Positions 31,797 through 32,000 of a DNA stretch of 32,000 nucleotides are shown here, piece after piece. The stretch comes from Candidatus Electrothrix yaqonensis (GTDB lineage Bacteria > Desulfobacterota > Desulfobulbia > Desulfobulbales > Desulfobulbaceae), in NCBI GenBank assembly GCA_047651235.1, contig CP178758.1, positions 2,040,001 to 2,072,000 of the forward strand, given 5' to 3'. Under the pieces are notes generated by a model that saw nothing but the letters and a program-made list of their open reading frames with translations, had not been told where the DNA came from and did no database searches. The number at the start of each line of letters is the position of its first letter. The stretch's first letter is position 1. The translations under genes were made by a program, and so were the position numbers.

Positions 31797-32000
31797 AAGA
31801 CCGGTTCTCAGCCTGACCGAACAGGAATCCCGGAAAAAATTAGGCGGCCGGTCTAAAAAGGAATTGTGCAGACTCTCGTTTTCTGATAGTTTTCATCTTC
31901 TGTCCGTCTGCTGTTTTTTCAGAAAGAGAAAAGACCTAACCTGTCCACACTATATGCCAATGCATTCCGCATCATTTTTTATGCGTATTAACGTCAGAAG

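Overview
This 32-kb window is a mosaic with a backbone of roughly 50-55% GC by eye. The gene content recalls anaerobic Desulfobacterota-type genomes, but taxonomy cannot be assigned from this sequence alone.

The right half (15.8-32 kb) is ordinary chromosomal backbone:
- a very long (1303 aa) CusA/CzcA-type RND pump (-)
- cinA (-)
- a REC-GAF-histidine kinase (+)
- moeA (-)
- a PepSY-TM protein (-)
- an MltD-like LysM lytic transglycosylase lipoprotein (-)
- a class A PBP (+)

The left half (1-15.8 kb) is an accretion zone directly downstream of the RND gene. The last ~60-160 nt of the RND ORF recur three more times in the same orientation, at 11233-11390, 5280-5355 and 4749-4835. Each copy keeps its own stop codon, and each is followed by different cargo:
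- (A) a 969-aa multidomain protein, a lone nucleotidyltransferase and vapBC.
- (B) a Uma2 nuclease, an Rpn/PD-(D/E)XK putative transposase, a truncated YdjM-like hydrolase, an AT-rich radical-SAM/SPASM enzyme with a 74-aa Cys peptide, and a string of gene fragments.
- (C) a decayed PIN/antitoxin pair.
- (D) an AT-rich cassette of Nudix, a 2TM protein, HIT and a 301-aa orphan. Further left lie a PIN remnant, a HEPN-MNT pair and a degraded copy of the island-A nucleotidyltransferase.

I saw no integrase, intact transposase, rRNA, tRNA or CRISPR array.

The most interesting items are:
- the serial-insertion hotspot itself
- the AT-rich Nudix/2TM/HIT/orphan cassette, a candidate uncharacterised nucleotide-centred, defence-like module
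- the rSAM-SPASM plus Cys-peptide pair

All domain calls come from motifs read by eye. No database search was run.
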